Positions 1 through 8,639 of a DNA stretch of 35,968 nucleotides are shown piece by piece. The notes under the pieces are model-generated. The model made no database searches and was not told the origin of the DNA. It saw only the letters and a list, made by a program, of their open reading frames with translations. How positions within the stretch are numbered: position 1 is the first letter of the stretch; every line of letters begins with the position of its first letter. The position numbers and the translations under genes are program-made. The stretch is from a candidate division WWE3 bacterium CSP1-7 (GTDB lineage: Bacteria; Patescibacteriota; WWE3; 9FT-COMBO-53-11): positions 1 to 35,968 of the forward strand of contig LDXK01000005.1 of assembly GCA_001443395.1 (NCBI GenBank), given 5' to 3'.

Positions 1-1170
1 GCCGGACGCTTTATGCGAGACGAAAAGGGAACAGCGATTGTTTCTACTCCCAACGACTACACCCAATACCGAGTGATCCTGACCACCACCAACACTGTCT
101 ATCGCCCGACCCTCTACCACGTCAATTTCAGCTACGAAACGGGATACAAGACCGTCCAGGTCGATACCAACACCGTCCGCCTTTACAACTACACCGGCGA
201 GACCCAGAACGTGAGATTGGAAGCGATCGTCTTCGGGGCGGACCTGGCGGAATGGTATCCGACGAGTGATCTTTCGATCGAAGCGGGAGACGTCGTTGCG
301 ATCGCCGGAACAAAGGATGATGCCGGGGTGCCGAAGATCAAAAAGTCATCAGTGATCAGTGATCAGAGAGCAGTTGGAATCATTTCCACCAAGGCCGGTC
401 TGGAACTGGGGATTCCCCGAGAAGACCGCCGATTGGTCGGACTGGCAGGGGGAGTTCCGGTCAAGATCGCTCCCGATTCCGCCGCCATTACGGCCGGCGA
501 CCTACTGACCTCCTCCGGTACATTCCCCGGAATGGCGACCAAACTCACCCAACCGGGATTCGCGGTCGCAAAAGCGTTGGAAGACTGGAGCCTGGAGTCT
601 GGATTTGGGAGGATCGATGCTTTCTTGAGCGTGAGCTGGGGCGATCCGGGAGTGGTAGTCGACGACGAAGGAGATGCGGCGGAAACCGTGGAAGCTCCAC
701 CCACCGAGGATCCGACCGTTGAAACACCTTCAACACCGGTTGAAGAAACCCCTTCTGAACCGGAGCCGATCACCCAAAAGATCCTTCCTCCCAAGATCGA
801 GGCCGAAGAGGGGGTTTTCCAACGGTTAACGGCGACAATCGAAGCGATCTTTGAGAAGATCACGGTCAAAATTGCCCAGATCGCCGAAGCTTTCATCCAG
901 AAACTAACCGTGGAAAGCCTAGCGGTCAAGGGAAAGTCCATTGGGCAGGTGGTGATTGAACCGGGAGAAACCGAACACGCCGTCGAATATCCCAACCTCA
1001 CCGAAAGCTCCAAAGTCTTCTTCACCCTGGATCGGGCGGTCGCGGTCGGGGTCGAGAAAACCGTCGGAGAAGGTTTCAAGTTCATCCTCGCTACTCCTAC
1101 CGATCTCCCAATAACCATCGACTACTGGGTGGTGGAACAATATCTCTATCAGTTGGATATACTAGACTGA
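1..1170 (+). CDS. C-terminal part of a large surface/fibre-like protein with a peptidase G2 (IMC autoproteolytic)-like domain; 5'-truncated by the window edge
   Basis: Frame is open from base 1. Motifs GADLAEWY, IEAGDVV, VGIIST, LAGGVPVKI, GDLLTSS, VAKALE, then a Pro/Glu/Thr linker and a tail similar to that of 10678-12795. Confidence 0.7.
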   Translation, partial: AGRFMRDEKGTAIVSTPNDYTQYRVILTTTNTVYRPTLYHVNFSYETGYKTVQVDTNTVRLYNYTGETQNVRLEAIVFGADLAEWYPTSDLSIEAGDVVAIAGTKDDAGVPKIKKSSVISDQRAVGIISTKAGLELGIPREDRRLVGLAGGVPVKIAPDSAAITAGDLLTSSGTFPGMATKLTQPGFAVAKALEDWSLESGFGRIDAFLSVSWGDPGVVVDDEGDAAETVEAPPTEDPTVETPSTPVEETPSEPEPITQKILPPKIEAEEGVFQRLTATIEAIFEKITVKIAQIAEAFIQKLTVESLAVKGKSIGQVVIEPGETEHAVEYPNLTESSKVFFTLDRAVAVGVEKTVGEGFKFILATPTDLPITIDYWVVEQYLYQLDILD

Positions 1171-2249
1171 TAAATTCCGCCTCCCAAATGACGGACCAAA
1201 CCCTTCATTTCCATCGTGGTTAAGAGAGAAGAGACCTTAGCAGTATCTAGTTCTGACTGATTAAAGATTTCGTCCACATGAAGTTCGTTTGGGCCCAGGA
1301 TGGTCAGAATCTTCTTCTCCTCCGGATCGGGAGCGATAGTTTCCCGCGCTTTTCGAATCTGAATTTGGTCTCCCACCTGTAGTTCTTCCAGAATATCCCC
1401 CGCCCGAGTGACAGGTTTGGCGCCTTTTTCAATCAGTTTGGCCGTGCCGGCGGAGTAGGGAGAGAAAATCGAGCCGGGCACCGCGAAAACATCTCTTCCC
1501 TGGTCCAGAGCCGAAGCGACCGTGTGGAAGGTTCCGGAGCCCTCCGCCGCTTCAATGACGAGCGTCCCAAGGGATAAACCCGAAATCACCCGGTTCCTAA
1601 TCGGAAAATTCGCTGGGTAGGTCGGGGTTTCTGGAGGAAACTCCGTCACAATCGCTCCCTTTCCGCTCTCCAGCATTTCCCGGGCGATGGAGGCATTGGA
1701 GGGCGGGTATATTTGATCGATCCCGCAGGCCAAAACCGCGATTGTTCTTCCACCAACCGAAAGGGCGGCCCGGTGGGCTTCAGCGTCGATCCCCAGAGCC
1801 AATCCCGAAACAATCGTTAATCCGGCCGAAGCGAGCTCCGGAACGAGCGCCCGCGCCACTTCTTTACCATAATTGGTGGCTCGCCGAGAACCAACCACGG
1901 CCAAAGAGAGATTATCCTGAGGAAGCAACTCTCCCCTCACGTAGAGCAGGGGCGGGGGAGCGGGTATCTGGAGAAGATTTACCGGGTAAATCTCTTCCTC
2001 CCGTGTTATCACCGTCGCTTTGTGTTTGATAATGGTTTCTAATATTGGCTCAACTGTGAGATTTTCTCGCTCTTTGAGTAAAGACAGCTCGTTTGGTCCC
2101 CACCCAAGCCGAGAAAACTGTTCCGCCGGCGCTTTCCAGGCTTTTTCGGCGCTGCCAAACGCCTTTATGAGCTGTTCGAAGCGGATCGGGCCAATTTGAG
2201 CGTAAAACTGATTCCACAAAATCCAATACTCTTTTTCTTTGTTGCTCAT
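1149..2249 (-). CDS. dprA: DNA-protecting protein DprA
   Basis: AVVGSRRATNYG, IVSGLALGIDAEAH, NFPIRNRVISGLS, GRDVFAVPGSIF, C-terminal winged helix. Confidence 0.97.
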   Translation of the reverse strand: MSNKEKEYWILWNQFYAQIGPIRFEQLIKAFGSAEKAWKAPAEQFSRLGWGPNELSLLKERENLTVEPILETIIKHKATVITREEEIYPVNLLQIPAPPPLLYVRGELLPQDNLSLAVVGSRRATNYGKEVARALVPELASAGLTIVSGLALGIDAEAHRAALSVGGRTIAVLACGIDQIYPPSNASIAREMLESGKGAIVTEFPPETPTYPANFPIRNRVISGLSLGTLVIEAAEGSGTFHTVASALDQGRDVFAVPGSIFSPYSAGTAKLIEKGAKPVTRAGDILEELQVGDQIQIRKARETIAPDPEEKKILTILGPNELHVDEIFNQSELDTAKVSSLLTTMEMKGLVRHLGGGIYQSSISN

Positions 2250-2264
2250 TTGATTCCTTCAAAT

Positions 2265-2290
2265 GCTAGGCTGTTTCCATCAGCCGTCCA
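2265..2290 (+). repeat. Hairpin element, beta module
   Basis: GCTA-GGCTG-tttccat-CAGCC-GTCCA in the dprA/priA intergenic region; same tags as the other copies. Confidence 0.7.
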
Positions 2291-2310
2291 TTTCCCTTAT
2301 TATAAAGTCG

Positions 2311-3651
2311 ATGTCTACATTTGCCGAAGTTGTTATCGACAGCTACCAAGATCCCACCAAGCGACTCTTTACCTACCAAGTGCCGGAGAATCTAATCGGT
2401 TCTGCTAGGGAAGGGGTAAAGGTGGTCGCACCCTTCGGGAAACGGGTGGTGGAGGGATACATCTGGAGTATCACCCCCACCAAACCCCCCTTCCCCACCA
2501 AGCCAATCCAAGAAATTAAGGAATCCGGCTTTAGCAAAATTCAACTAGAGCTTGCCAAATGGATGGTGAAGCACTATTTGGCCTCCCCCCTCGATTGCCT
2601 AAAATGCCAGATCGGCGGAAAGGGCGAAAAATCGGCCAACTCTCCGGTGGAAACCGTTGCCACCCTCCTTCTGGTTCCCTCCGTCTCTCAAGTAAAGTTC
2701 CGTGCCAGCACCGAGAAGCAAAAGAATTTGATGATCGGTTCCCGCTCTGCGGTCTTCGCCCAGCTCCCCAACTTGAAAAAAATCATCATCGAGGAGCCCG
2801 ATAATTGGAATTACAAAGATGAACGCACCCCCTACTACCACGCCGTTGAGGTTGCCCAAAAAAGAGCCGAGATCGAGGGTCTGGAGATTGAGATGCTTCC
2901 CCAGAATCCCAAAATCAAACCGAGCCGGATCGCTGATCTGGACCTGGAAAAATTGGCCGGTAATTTTACCCTCATCTCTCAACCTCTAGAGGGTGCTCTA
3001 ACTTCCGGAAAGTACACGATAGTCTATGTTAATTCCAGAGAATTACAGGATAAAATAAGGGAGGAAATTCACAGAATTGGCACAGATAAGAACCAGTATG
3101 AGATCATCGGACCGGAACTTTTTTCCGCGCTGGGAAAGGAGTCCCACTACACCGTCTGGGCCGACGTTGATACCCTTCTAAATCTGCCGGATTTTCGCGC
3201 CCACGAAAAGATAATTTGGACGGTTCAAAAGCTGTCGCAGATCACCAAAGGGGAGCTGATTCTTCAAACCTCATCGCCCCAGAACCCGCTTTTTGCGGAT
3301 CTGGCCGCCGGAGATCTCACCGATTTCTACCAGCGGGACCGAAAAGCCCGGCGAGAACTTGGTTACCCCCCCTTCTCAACTCTGGTTAAGCTCAGTTTCT
3401 CCGCCAAGAGCTCCGCTAAAGCCAATTCGGGAACAGAAAAGCTCTTAGAAAAACTTAAAAACCTCGACTCTCGGCTGATCATCTCTCTCCCGTATGAATC
3501 CTACGCCAAAACCCCGGGAAAGATTCAAATTAACGTCGCCATTAAGTTGCCGCTCCCGACCAAGGCGGGTCAGCCTTGGGCTGGTGCTAAACTAGCAAGG
3601 GCGATTCCTCCCGAATGGAAAGTGGAGGTCGACCCGGAGTCGCTGTTATGA
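2311..3651 (+). CDS. priA: Primosomal protein N' (PriA)-like, shortened and helicase-degenerate
   Basis: N-terminal LFTYQVP...VVAPFGKR 3'-DNA-binding domain, IGSRSAVFA, LNLPDFRAHE, RRELGYPPF, VEVDPESLL. No Walker A and no Cys-rich region. Start moved to ATG 2311. Confidence 0.85.
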   Translation: MSTFAEVVIDSYQDPTKRLFTYQVPENLIGSAREGVKVVAPFGKRVVEGYIWSITPTKPPFPTKPIQEIKESGFSKIQLELAKWMVKHYLASPLDCLKCQIGGKGEKSANSPVETVATLLLVPSVSQVKFRASTEKQKNLMIGSRSAVFAQLPNLKKIIIEEPDNWNYKDERTPYYHAVEVAQKRAEIEGLEIEMLPQNPKIKPSRIADLDLEKLAGNFTLISQPLEGALTSGKYTIVYVNSRELQDKIREEIHRIGTDKNQYEIIGPELFSALGKESHYTVWADVDTLLNLPDFRAHEKIIWTVQKLSQITKGELILQTSSPQNPLFADLAAGDLTDFYQRDRKARRELGYPPFSTLVKLSFSAKSSAKANSGTEKLLEKLKNLDSRLIISLPYESYAKTPGKIQINVAIKLPLPTKAGQPWAGAKLARAIPPEWKVEVDPESLL

Positions 3652-4166
3652 AAATCGTTACCAACCCTAATAAAATCCTCAATCAGCCCACCCGAAAGGT
3701 GGCCAAATTCGATGATAATCTCCACCGAACCGTCCGGGAAATGGAAGAGATCCTCCGAAATCAGCGCAATCCGGAAGGGGTTGGGCTCTCCGCCAACCAG
3801 GTTGGGTTGGATCTGCGGTTGGCCGTCGTTCGCTTAAATCCGGATGAACAGGACAGCGCCGCCCACTTCCTGACCATTATTAATCCCGAGATTACCTCCC
3901 GATCGACGGGTCAAGAGGGAGAGTATGAAGGCTGTCTTTCAATTCCCAATCAATACGGACCGGTCGTCCGTTCCAAAGCCGTCACCGTCCGATTCCAAAA
4001 TCTCAAAGGAGAAACCCTCACGATCAAGGCCACGGACTTTCTTGCCCGGATATTTCAGCATGAAATTGACCATCTGGATGGGGAGTTAATCACGGCAAGG
4101 TCCGCCGGCCCTTTCCTCACCGAAACCGAACTGGAAGAGAAATTTCGCGAAAAGAAATCCGGTTAA
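3648..4166 (+). CDS. def: Peptide deformylase
   Basis: GVGLSANQVG, EGCLSIP, QHEIDHLDG; ATGA overlap with the priA stop gives start 3648. Confidence 0.97.
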   Translation: MKIVTNPNKILNQPTRKVAKFDDNLHRTVREMEEILRNQRNPEGVGLSANQVGLDLRLAVVRLNPDEQDSAAHFLTIINPEITSRSTGQEGEYEGCLSIPNQYGPVVRSKAVTVRFQNLKGETLTIKATDFLARIFQHEIDHLDGELITARSAGPFLTETELEEKFREKKSG

Positions 4167-4184
4167 AATGCTAAGCTGAATCCG

Positions 4185-5078
4185 ATGCGGCCAAGAATCA
4201 TTTTCTTCGGCACTCCCGTATTTGGTCAAATTGTCCTCCGAAAGTTGTCGGACGACAACTTTAATGTCGTCGCCGTGGTCACCCAACCGGATCGACCGGT
4301 CGGCCGAGACCAAAAACTCACCCCCTCTCCCGTAAAAACTTTCGCCAAAGAGAACAAAATAAAAATCTTTTCCCCCGCCGACAAGGGTGAGCTATCAACT
4401 ATTAACCGTAAACTGGCAAAGCTCAAACCCACCCTCTTCGTTGTCGCTTCCTATGGAATGATTGTTCCCTCCGAAACCCTCCTGATACCGGAGAAAGGTG
4501 CCCTAAACGTTCATCCGTCTCTGCTTCCCAAGTACCGGGGAGCTTCGCCGATCCAAGCGGCGATCCTGAACGGAGACACGGAGACCGGAGTGACCATTAT
4601 GCTGATGGATGAGCAGATGGACCATGGGCCGATTGTTTCCCAAGAAAAAATAGCCCTTAGCCCCGCCGAAACCACGGCCACCGCCATGGCCAAACTCGCC
4701 CAGGTCGGGGGGAAAATCTTGGTCAGAACCATTCCGGTCTATCTGGAAGGAAAGCTCAATCCCCGACCGCAGGACCACACTCAAGCCACCTACACCAAGC
4801 TGGTCAAAAAGGATAATGGGCGCGTCAACTGGCAAGATAACAACATCCAGGTGGAACGAATGGCCCGAGCCTACAATCCCTGGCCGGGAGTCTGGACCAC
4901 CGTTGGAGAGATGGCCGAACAGTTGGATCGGGAACTCAAAAACCAGCGCCATCAAAACCTTAGGCTTAAGATTCTCCAAGCCCATCTCGAAAACGGAACT
5001 CTCTCGCTCGATGCGGTCCAGGTCGAAGGGAAAAAACCTATCGGCTTCGATGACTTCACTAAAGGATATCTCACTTAG
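4185..5078 (+). CDS. fmt: Methionyl-tRNA formyltransferase
   Basis: FFGTPVF, VVTQPDRPVGR, NVHPSLLPKYRGASPIQ, MDHGPI, RAYNPWPG; adjacent to def. Confidence 0.97.
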   Translation: MRPRIIFFGTPVFGQIVLRKLSDDNFNVVAVVTQPDRPVGRDQKLTPSPVKTFAKENKIKIFSPADKGELSTINRKLAKLKPTLFVVASYGMIVPSETLLIPEKGALNVHPSLLPKYRGASPIQAAILNGDTETGVTIMLMDEQMDHGPIVSQEKIALSPAETTATAMAKLAQVGGKILVRTIPVYLEGKLNPRPQDHTQATYTKLVKKDNGRVNWQDNNIQVERMARAYNPWPGVWTTVGEMAEQLDRELKNQRHQNLRLKILQAHLENGTLSLDAVQVEGKKPIGFDDFTKGYLT

Positions 5079-5110
5079 TGAATTGCAACCAAGCACAGCG
5101 AGGACGGCAT
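5064..5110 (-). repeat. Hairpin element, alpha/TTGCAATT module, overlapping the fmt stop
   Basis: 5081-5110 aattgcaaccaagcacagcgaggacggcat matches the reverse complement of 34497-34526 at 25/30 positions. Confidence 0.7.
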
Positions 5111-5174
5111 TTTACCAGAGGGTATCTGAGCTGATAAAATTCTAATCGTCGAATCAGAAGGAGAGGAGGAGAGA

Positions 5175-5558
5175 ATGCCCATTCGGCGTCCCAAACTTGT
5201 TCAAGGGGATATCCATCGGCAGGTGGCGGTCGGAGAGAGAGTTGTCGTCCGGGGACCATGGGTCTACAAGCTCCCCAACTACCCCGGCTGGGTCAGGAAC
5301 GGCATGGATAAGAAGCGATTGATGGAGAAACTGATCGACGGCCTCTTCTACCGTGGTTGGTTCAAGAGTTCGGACATCTACATCCGAATCAATCTTAAGG
5401 ATGCGCCGGCCGGCCACCCACTAGCGTATGTCATTCCCTCAATCAGAGGGGAAGACACCATCATTCTCAACGGGGTTGACGCACATGATCTGATGGAAGA
5501 CGCAAGGATCTTTGACCGGCTTCGGGACGGCGCTCTGTTTCTTAAGATCAGTCCCTAA
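5175..5558 (+). CDS. Hypothetical protein
   Basis: Strong SD (gaggaggag) before the ATG; followed by a terminator. Confidence 0.75.
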   Translation: MPIRRPKLVQGDIHRQVAVGERVVVRGPWVYKLPNYPGWVRNGMDKKRLMEKLIDGLFYRGWFKSSDIYIRINLKDAPAGHPLAYVIPSIRGEDTIILNGVDAHDLMEDARIFDRLRDGALFLKISP

Positions 5559-5560
5559 AT

Positions 5561-5588
5561 ACCCGCTTTATCTAAAAAGCGGGTTTTT
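5561..5588 (+). terminator. Intrinsic terminator
   Basis: acccgcttt/aaagcgggt stem plus T tract. Confidence 0.75.
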
Positions 5589-5591
5589 ATT

Positions 5592-5624
5592 AAAAAAACC
5601 CTCCCTGGTTTCCCAAGAAGGGTT
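5592..5624 (-). terminator. Intrinsic terminator (near-duplicate of 5936-5966)
   Basis: Minus strand aacccttcttgggaaaccagggagggttttttt. Confidence 0.75.
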
Positions 5625-5632
5625 GGTGGTCT

Positions 5633-5812
5633 TCAGCTCTTGGGAGGGCGAATCATCCACCCCACCAGAGCCATCAAACCGAAAAGCACGACAACCACGG
5701 CCACGATCAGACCCCAGAATATCCCGGCCTGATTCGCAACCTCCATCCCGGCTCCGAGCGCAACGACCATGATGATCGCGCTCAGAAGCGCACTCACAAC
5801 CTTTCCCATCAT
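5633..5812 (-). CDS. Small two-TM membrane protein, 59 aa (absent from the ORF track)
   Basis: Translated by hand: MMGKVVSALLSAIIMVVALGAGMEVANQAGIFWGLIVAVVVVLFGLMALVGWMIRPPKS. SD aaggagg upstream, TTGCCC-17-TAGAAT promoter, terminator downstream. Confidence 0.75.
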   Translation of the reverse strand: MMGKVVSALLSAIIMVVALGAGMEVANQAGIFWGLIVAVVVVLFGLMALVGWMIRPPKS

Positions 5813-5840
5813 CTCCGGCCTCCTTCTCCTGAAGAGTAAG

Positions 5841-5890
5841 TGCTGTCCTAGCTAACACTAGGTTGCAATTCGGCAGATGTGCCGATGTGC
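5841..5890 (+). repeat. Hairpin element, alpha/TTGCAATT module
   Basis: TGCTGT-cctag..ctagg-TTGCAATT-cggca..tgccg-atgtgc; same layout as 8933-8985 on the minus strand. Confidence 0.7.
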
Positions 5891-5935
5891 TTTTATTCTA
5901 CCATGCTATAGGACTTAGGGCAAGGTAAGGGGGAC

Positions 5936-5966
5936 AAAAAAACCCTCCTCGGTTTCCCAAGAAGGG
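5936..5966 (-). terminator. Intrinsic terminator
   Basis: Minus strand cccttcttgggaaaccgaggagggttttttt. Confidence 0.75.
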
Positions 5967-5974
5967 ATAGTGAA

Positions 5975-6340
5975 CTATTGCAGCGATGTCGAGACAGCCG
6001 CTTCGCAAAAGAGTTCTCCCTCCACCGGAATCTCAATCGAACCAGAGACTCCGACGGGAAGATGGCTGCGCAGTTGAATCGCCGCCAGTGTGATCACTGC
6101 CCCCCAGTCCTCGTCCAGACGATCACGATCCTCGGTTTCGATCCGCACCCGGAAATCATCTCCCCTGGGAGAGACCCACTCCTCCCCAGATCCGTAGCGA
6201 ATGATCACATCTTCCGGCACCAATTTGTCGCCCGGAACCGACAGCGCCTCCGCCAAGATCCTGGGGAGAAACGCGACGAGCCGGTCCCGCAACCCGGTTT
6301 CTATCGCCCGATCGGCACAGTCCAGAATCACGAATAACAC
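5975..6340 (-). CDS. Hypothetical protein
   Basis: SD aggaggag before GTG 6340; followed by a terminator. Confidence 0.7.
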   Translation of the reverse strand: MLFVILDCADRAIETGLRDRLVAFLPRILAEALSVPGDKLVPEDVIIRYGSGEEWVSPRGDDFRVRIETEDRDRLDEDWGAVITLAAIQLRSHLPVGVSGSIEIPVEGELFCEAAVSTSLQ

Positions 6341-6396
6341 GTCTCCTCCTCTCATGTCTGAAACCGGTAGATTTTCTTAAATAGTAATCGCGAACG

Positions 6397-7809
6397 GTGA
6401 AAAAGTCAATCGGACGACTTTTGGACGGCTCGCTTTGCGAACCTAGCAATCTCGTTTCACTCGATTGTGCGAAAATGGCCTTGATGTACTTGACTAAATC
6501 TCGGGAGAGATTTTCGATTTCCTCTCTCCTTTCTCCAAAGTTTTTTTACTTTTTAGCGGTACTGGCCGTGGTTACGAGTGCTTTGAGCGTCTACACCAAT
6601 CTACGCTCCGAGAAAAATACTCCCAAGAACGAGCCCGTTACCGAGGAGATTGACTCGAATGAAAAAGCGCTGACCAAGGCCGAGGATAAAGTCCTTCCCA
6701 AAACTACCCCCCAGCCGGAACTGAATGTCGGGTCAGAACCAACGCCGACGCCGAAAACTAAACCCACCCCAAAACCCCTGCCGGCCAGCACCGTCACCCG
6801 AAAAGTCCTGGTGCTGGATTTCGATCCAATTGTTAACGGCCAACGGCTCCACAATCTTTTGGGTTGGGAAAATCCGCAAGCACTGGAGACGCAGTTCGTC
6901 GTTGATGTCAAAAGCGCCAGCGGGAACTATGTGAACTACCAAATTGTGGAACACCGTCAGCTGGACGATTTCCCCGTTCTCAACAGCGGATTTGATTTCG
7001 ACGGTGACAGCTTTCTCGACTGTTGGAATGACCTTGATCGTCCCGAATCTAAGTGCCATACGTCGGTGGGGGTGGATTACAACAAGCTTCTCACTGATTA
7101 CGGTTCAGACGTCTGCGCAGCGCGCAACAGCGGAGCAATCCATGAGGTATGGGTCTGGGGTGGCCCCTACTTCGGCTTCTACGAATCGCGCCTGGCCGGC
7201 CCGGGCGCTTTTGAGTACAACTCGCCCCCGCTCACGGGAACATCCTGCAACAAACAGCTGCCGATCATGGGGTTTAGCTACGAACGGGGGGTGGCGGAAA
7301 TGTTGGAGGATCTTGGCCACCGAACGGAAGCGGCGATGTCCCACACCTACGGGGGGGGGGCGGAAAACCGGACCAGCCACAACTGGGACCGGTTTGGTTT
7401 GGTCAAAGCCCAATCACCAGATTATGACTACAGTGGTTGCGGTTCGGTCCATTACGCTCCCAATTCCCTTTCCGACTATGACTGGAGCCGCTCCAGTCCG
7501 GCAAAAAGCACCTGCCAGGATTGGTTGAATTACCCTTACCTTACCGGGGCAACCCAGCAGATCGGCTGCTCCTCCTGGGGCTGTAGCGGTTACGGTTACC
7601 TCAAATGGTGGTTCTCTCACCTCCCCCACTTCACCGGCGTGGCTCCGGACGGCAAGTGGAACAACTGGTGGCGCTATGTTCTGGATTACAAAGAGGCGAC
7701 CGCCCTCAATCCCTGGCAGGAATTGCTATCCAGATTTCTGGTCTTTTGGGGAAACATCACCACCGCCCTTAGGAGTGGCTTCGGGTCAGCGGCTTTTGAG
7801 AAAAATTGA
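6397..7809 (+). CDS. Membrane-anchored secreted protein with a possible zincin-like domain; start uncertain (6397, 6475 or 6484)
   Basis: TM segment, Pro/Thr linker, globular domain with HEVWVWGGPYFGFYES and EMLEDLGHRTE, several Cys. Confidence 0.75.
   Translation: MKKSIGRLLDGSLCEPSNLVSLDCAKMALMYLTKSRERFSISSLLSPKFFYFLAVLAVVTSALSVYTNLRSEKNTPKNEPVTEEIDSNEKALTKAEDKVLPKTTPQPELNVGSEPTPTPKTKPTPKPLPASTVTRKVLVLDFDPIVNGQRLHNLLGWENPQALETQFVVDVKSASGNYVNYQIVEHRQLDDFPVLNSGFDFDGDSFLDCWNDLDRPESKCHTSVGVDYNKLLTDYGSDVCAARNSGAIHEVWVWGGPYFGFYESRLAGPGAFEYNSPPLTGTSCNKQLPIMGFSYERGVAEMLEDLGHRTEAAMSHTYGGGAENRTSHNWDRFGLVKAQSPDYDYSGCGSVHYAPNSLSDYDWSRSSPAKSTCQDWLNYPYLTGATQQIGCSSWGCSGYGYLKWWFSHLPHFTGVAPDGKWNNWWRYVLDYKEATALNPWQELLSRFLVFWGNITTALRSGFGSAAFEKN
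6421..6470 (-). repeat. Hairpin element, alpha+beta modules
   Basis: Reverse complement cgagattgctaggttcgcaaagcgagccgtccaa matches 9064-9097 at 30/34. Confidence 0.85.
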
Positions 7810-7845
7810 GAGAATCGGGAAAAGATAACGTTTTCCAACCGGCGC

Positions 7846-7882
7846 AAAAAGAAAGGGCCGGATCCCGTTAAGAATCCGACCC
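7846..7882 (-). terminator. Intrinsic terminator
   Basis: Minus strand gggtcggattc/ggatccggccc stem plus tttcttttt. Confidence 0.7.
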
Positions 7883-7906
7883 CGAACACAACTTGCCGAT
7901 CCTCGA

Positions 7907-8209
7907 CTACCAAGGGACGCCGAACAGCATTCCAAAGAGCTTTGGGTTCTGCATGAAAGACAACACCATACACACGAAAGGAGAAGCCATCACTGACACG
8001 AAGAGCAGGATTACCAGCAGAAATCCCGAGAACTCGGTCCATAGACCCCACTTCCGCAACAGAGCCCGGATCAGCACAAAGACCCCGGACACCAACAGAA
8101 CTGGGAGTCCAATTATTAGAAAGAGCACAACCCCCAAGCAGCCCTGCTCGAACACTCTCGGAAATGGTCCCCACAGATCACCAGAGAGCCTTTCATAAAA
8201 ATCTTCCAT
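7907..8209 (-). CDS. Small membrane protein
   Basis: SD gaggaggag before ATG 8209; two hydrophobic segments; own promoter and terminator. Confidence 0.7.
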   Translation of the reverse strand: MEDFYERLSGDLWGPFPRVFEQGCLGVVLFLIIGLPVLLVSGVFVLIRALLRKWGLWTEFSGFLLVILLFVSVMASPFVCMVLSFMQNPKLFGMLFGVPW

Positions 8210-8315
8210 CTCTCCTCCTCTATAGGTTTTATCGTACTGTTTCAAGTATAAACCTGAATAATGTCAAGTCAAATGCTATAGGACAATATAAGGGGATAGG
8301 GTTTCCAAACGGTGT

Positions 8316-8389
8316 TGGCAGGCCCGGGAGGAGTCGAACCTCCAAAGCTCGCTCTGGAGGCGAGCGGTTTGCCATTAGCCTACGGGCCT
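8316..8389 (-). tRNA. tRNA-Trp (CCA)
   Basis: AGGCCCG/CGGGCCT acceptor stem, CTCGC-ctCCAga-GCGAG anticodon arm, GGTTCGACT T-loop, encoded CCA. Confidence 0.95.
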
Positions 8390-8549
8390 AGATCTTCGTC
8401 TCTTTGTGGAGCGTATACTTCCGCTCCTTCGGACAGAACTTCTTAAACTCCAGCTTTTCGGTAGCGTTTTTGTTCCTGCTCGTGGTGTAGTTGATACTGC
8501 CGCACTCGCTACACTTTAGTCTGATAAAAATTCTTAAACTTTTTGCCAT
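8388..8549 (-). CDS. rpmG: 50S ribosomal protein L33 (Zn-binding type)
   Basis: [19 protein letters not shown]...[18 protein letters not shown]; start ATG 8549. Confidence 0.95.
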   Translation of the reverse strand: MAKSLRIFIRLKCSECGSINYTTSRNKNATEKLEFKKFCPKERKYTLHKETKI

Positions 8550-8558
8550 TTTATTATC

Positions 8559-8634
8559 TGGAGCCGACACCCGGGGTCGAACCGGGGACCTCATTCTTAC
8601 CAAGAATGCGCTCTGCCAACTGAGCTATGTCGGC
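8559..8634 (-). tRNA. tRNA-Thr (GGT)
   Basis: Canonical 76-nt cloverleaf, anticodon loop ttGGTaa, CCA end. Confidence 0.96.
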
Positions 8635-8639
8635 ACTGT

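Noticed and set aside
5568-5858. 96-aa ORF from the track
   Set aside because: It runs through a repeat and a terminator; the 59-aa frame 5633-5812 has the SD, a membrane-protein composition and a stop just before the terminator.
5100-8300. Integron cassette array with attC sites
   Set aside because: No integron integrase, genes lie in mixed orientation with their own promoters, and I see no RYYYAAC...GTTRRRY pairs.
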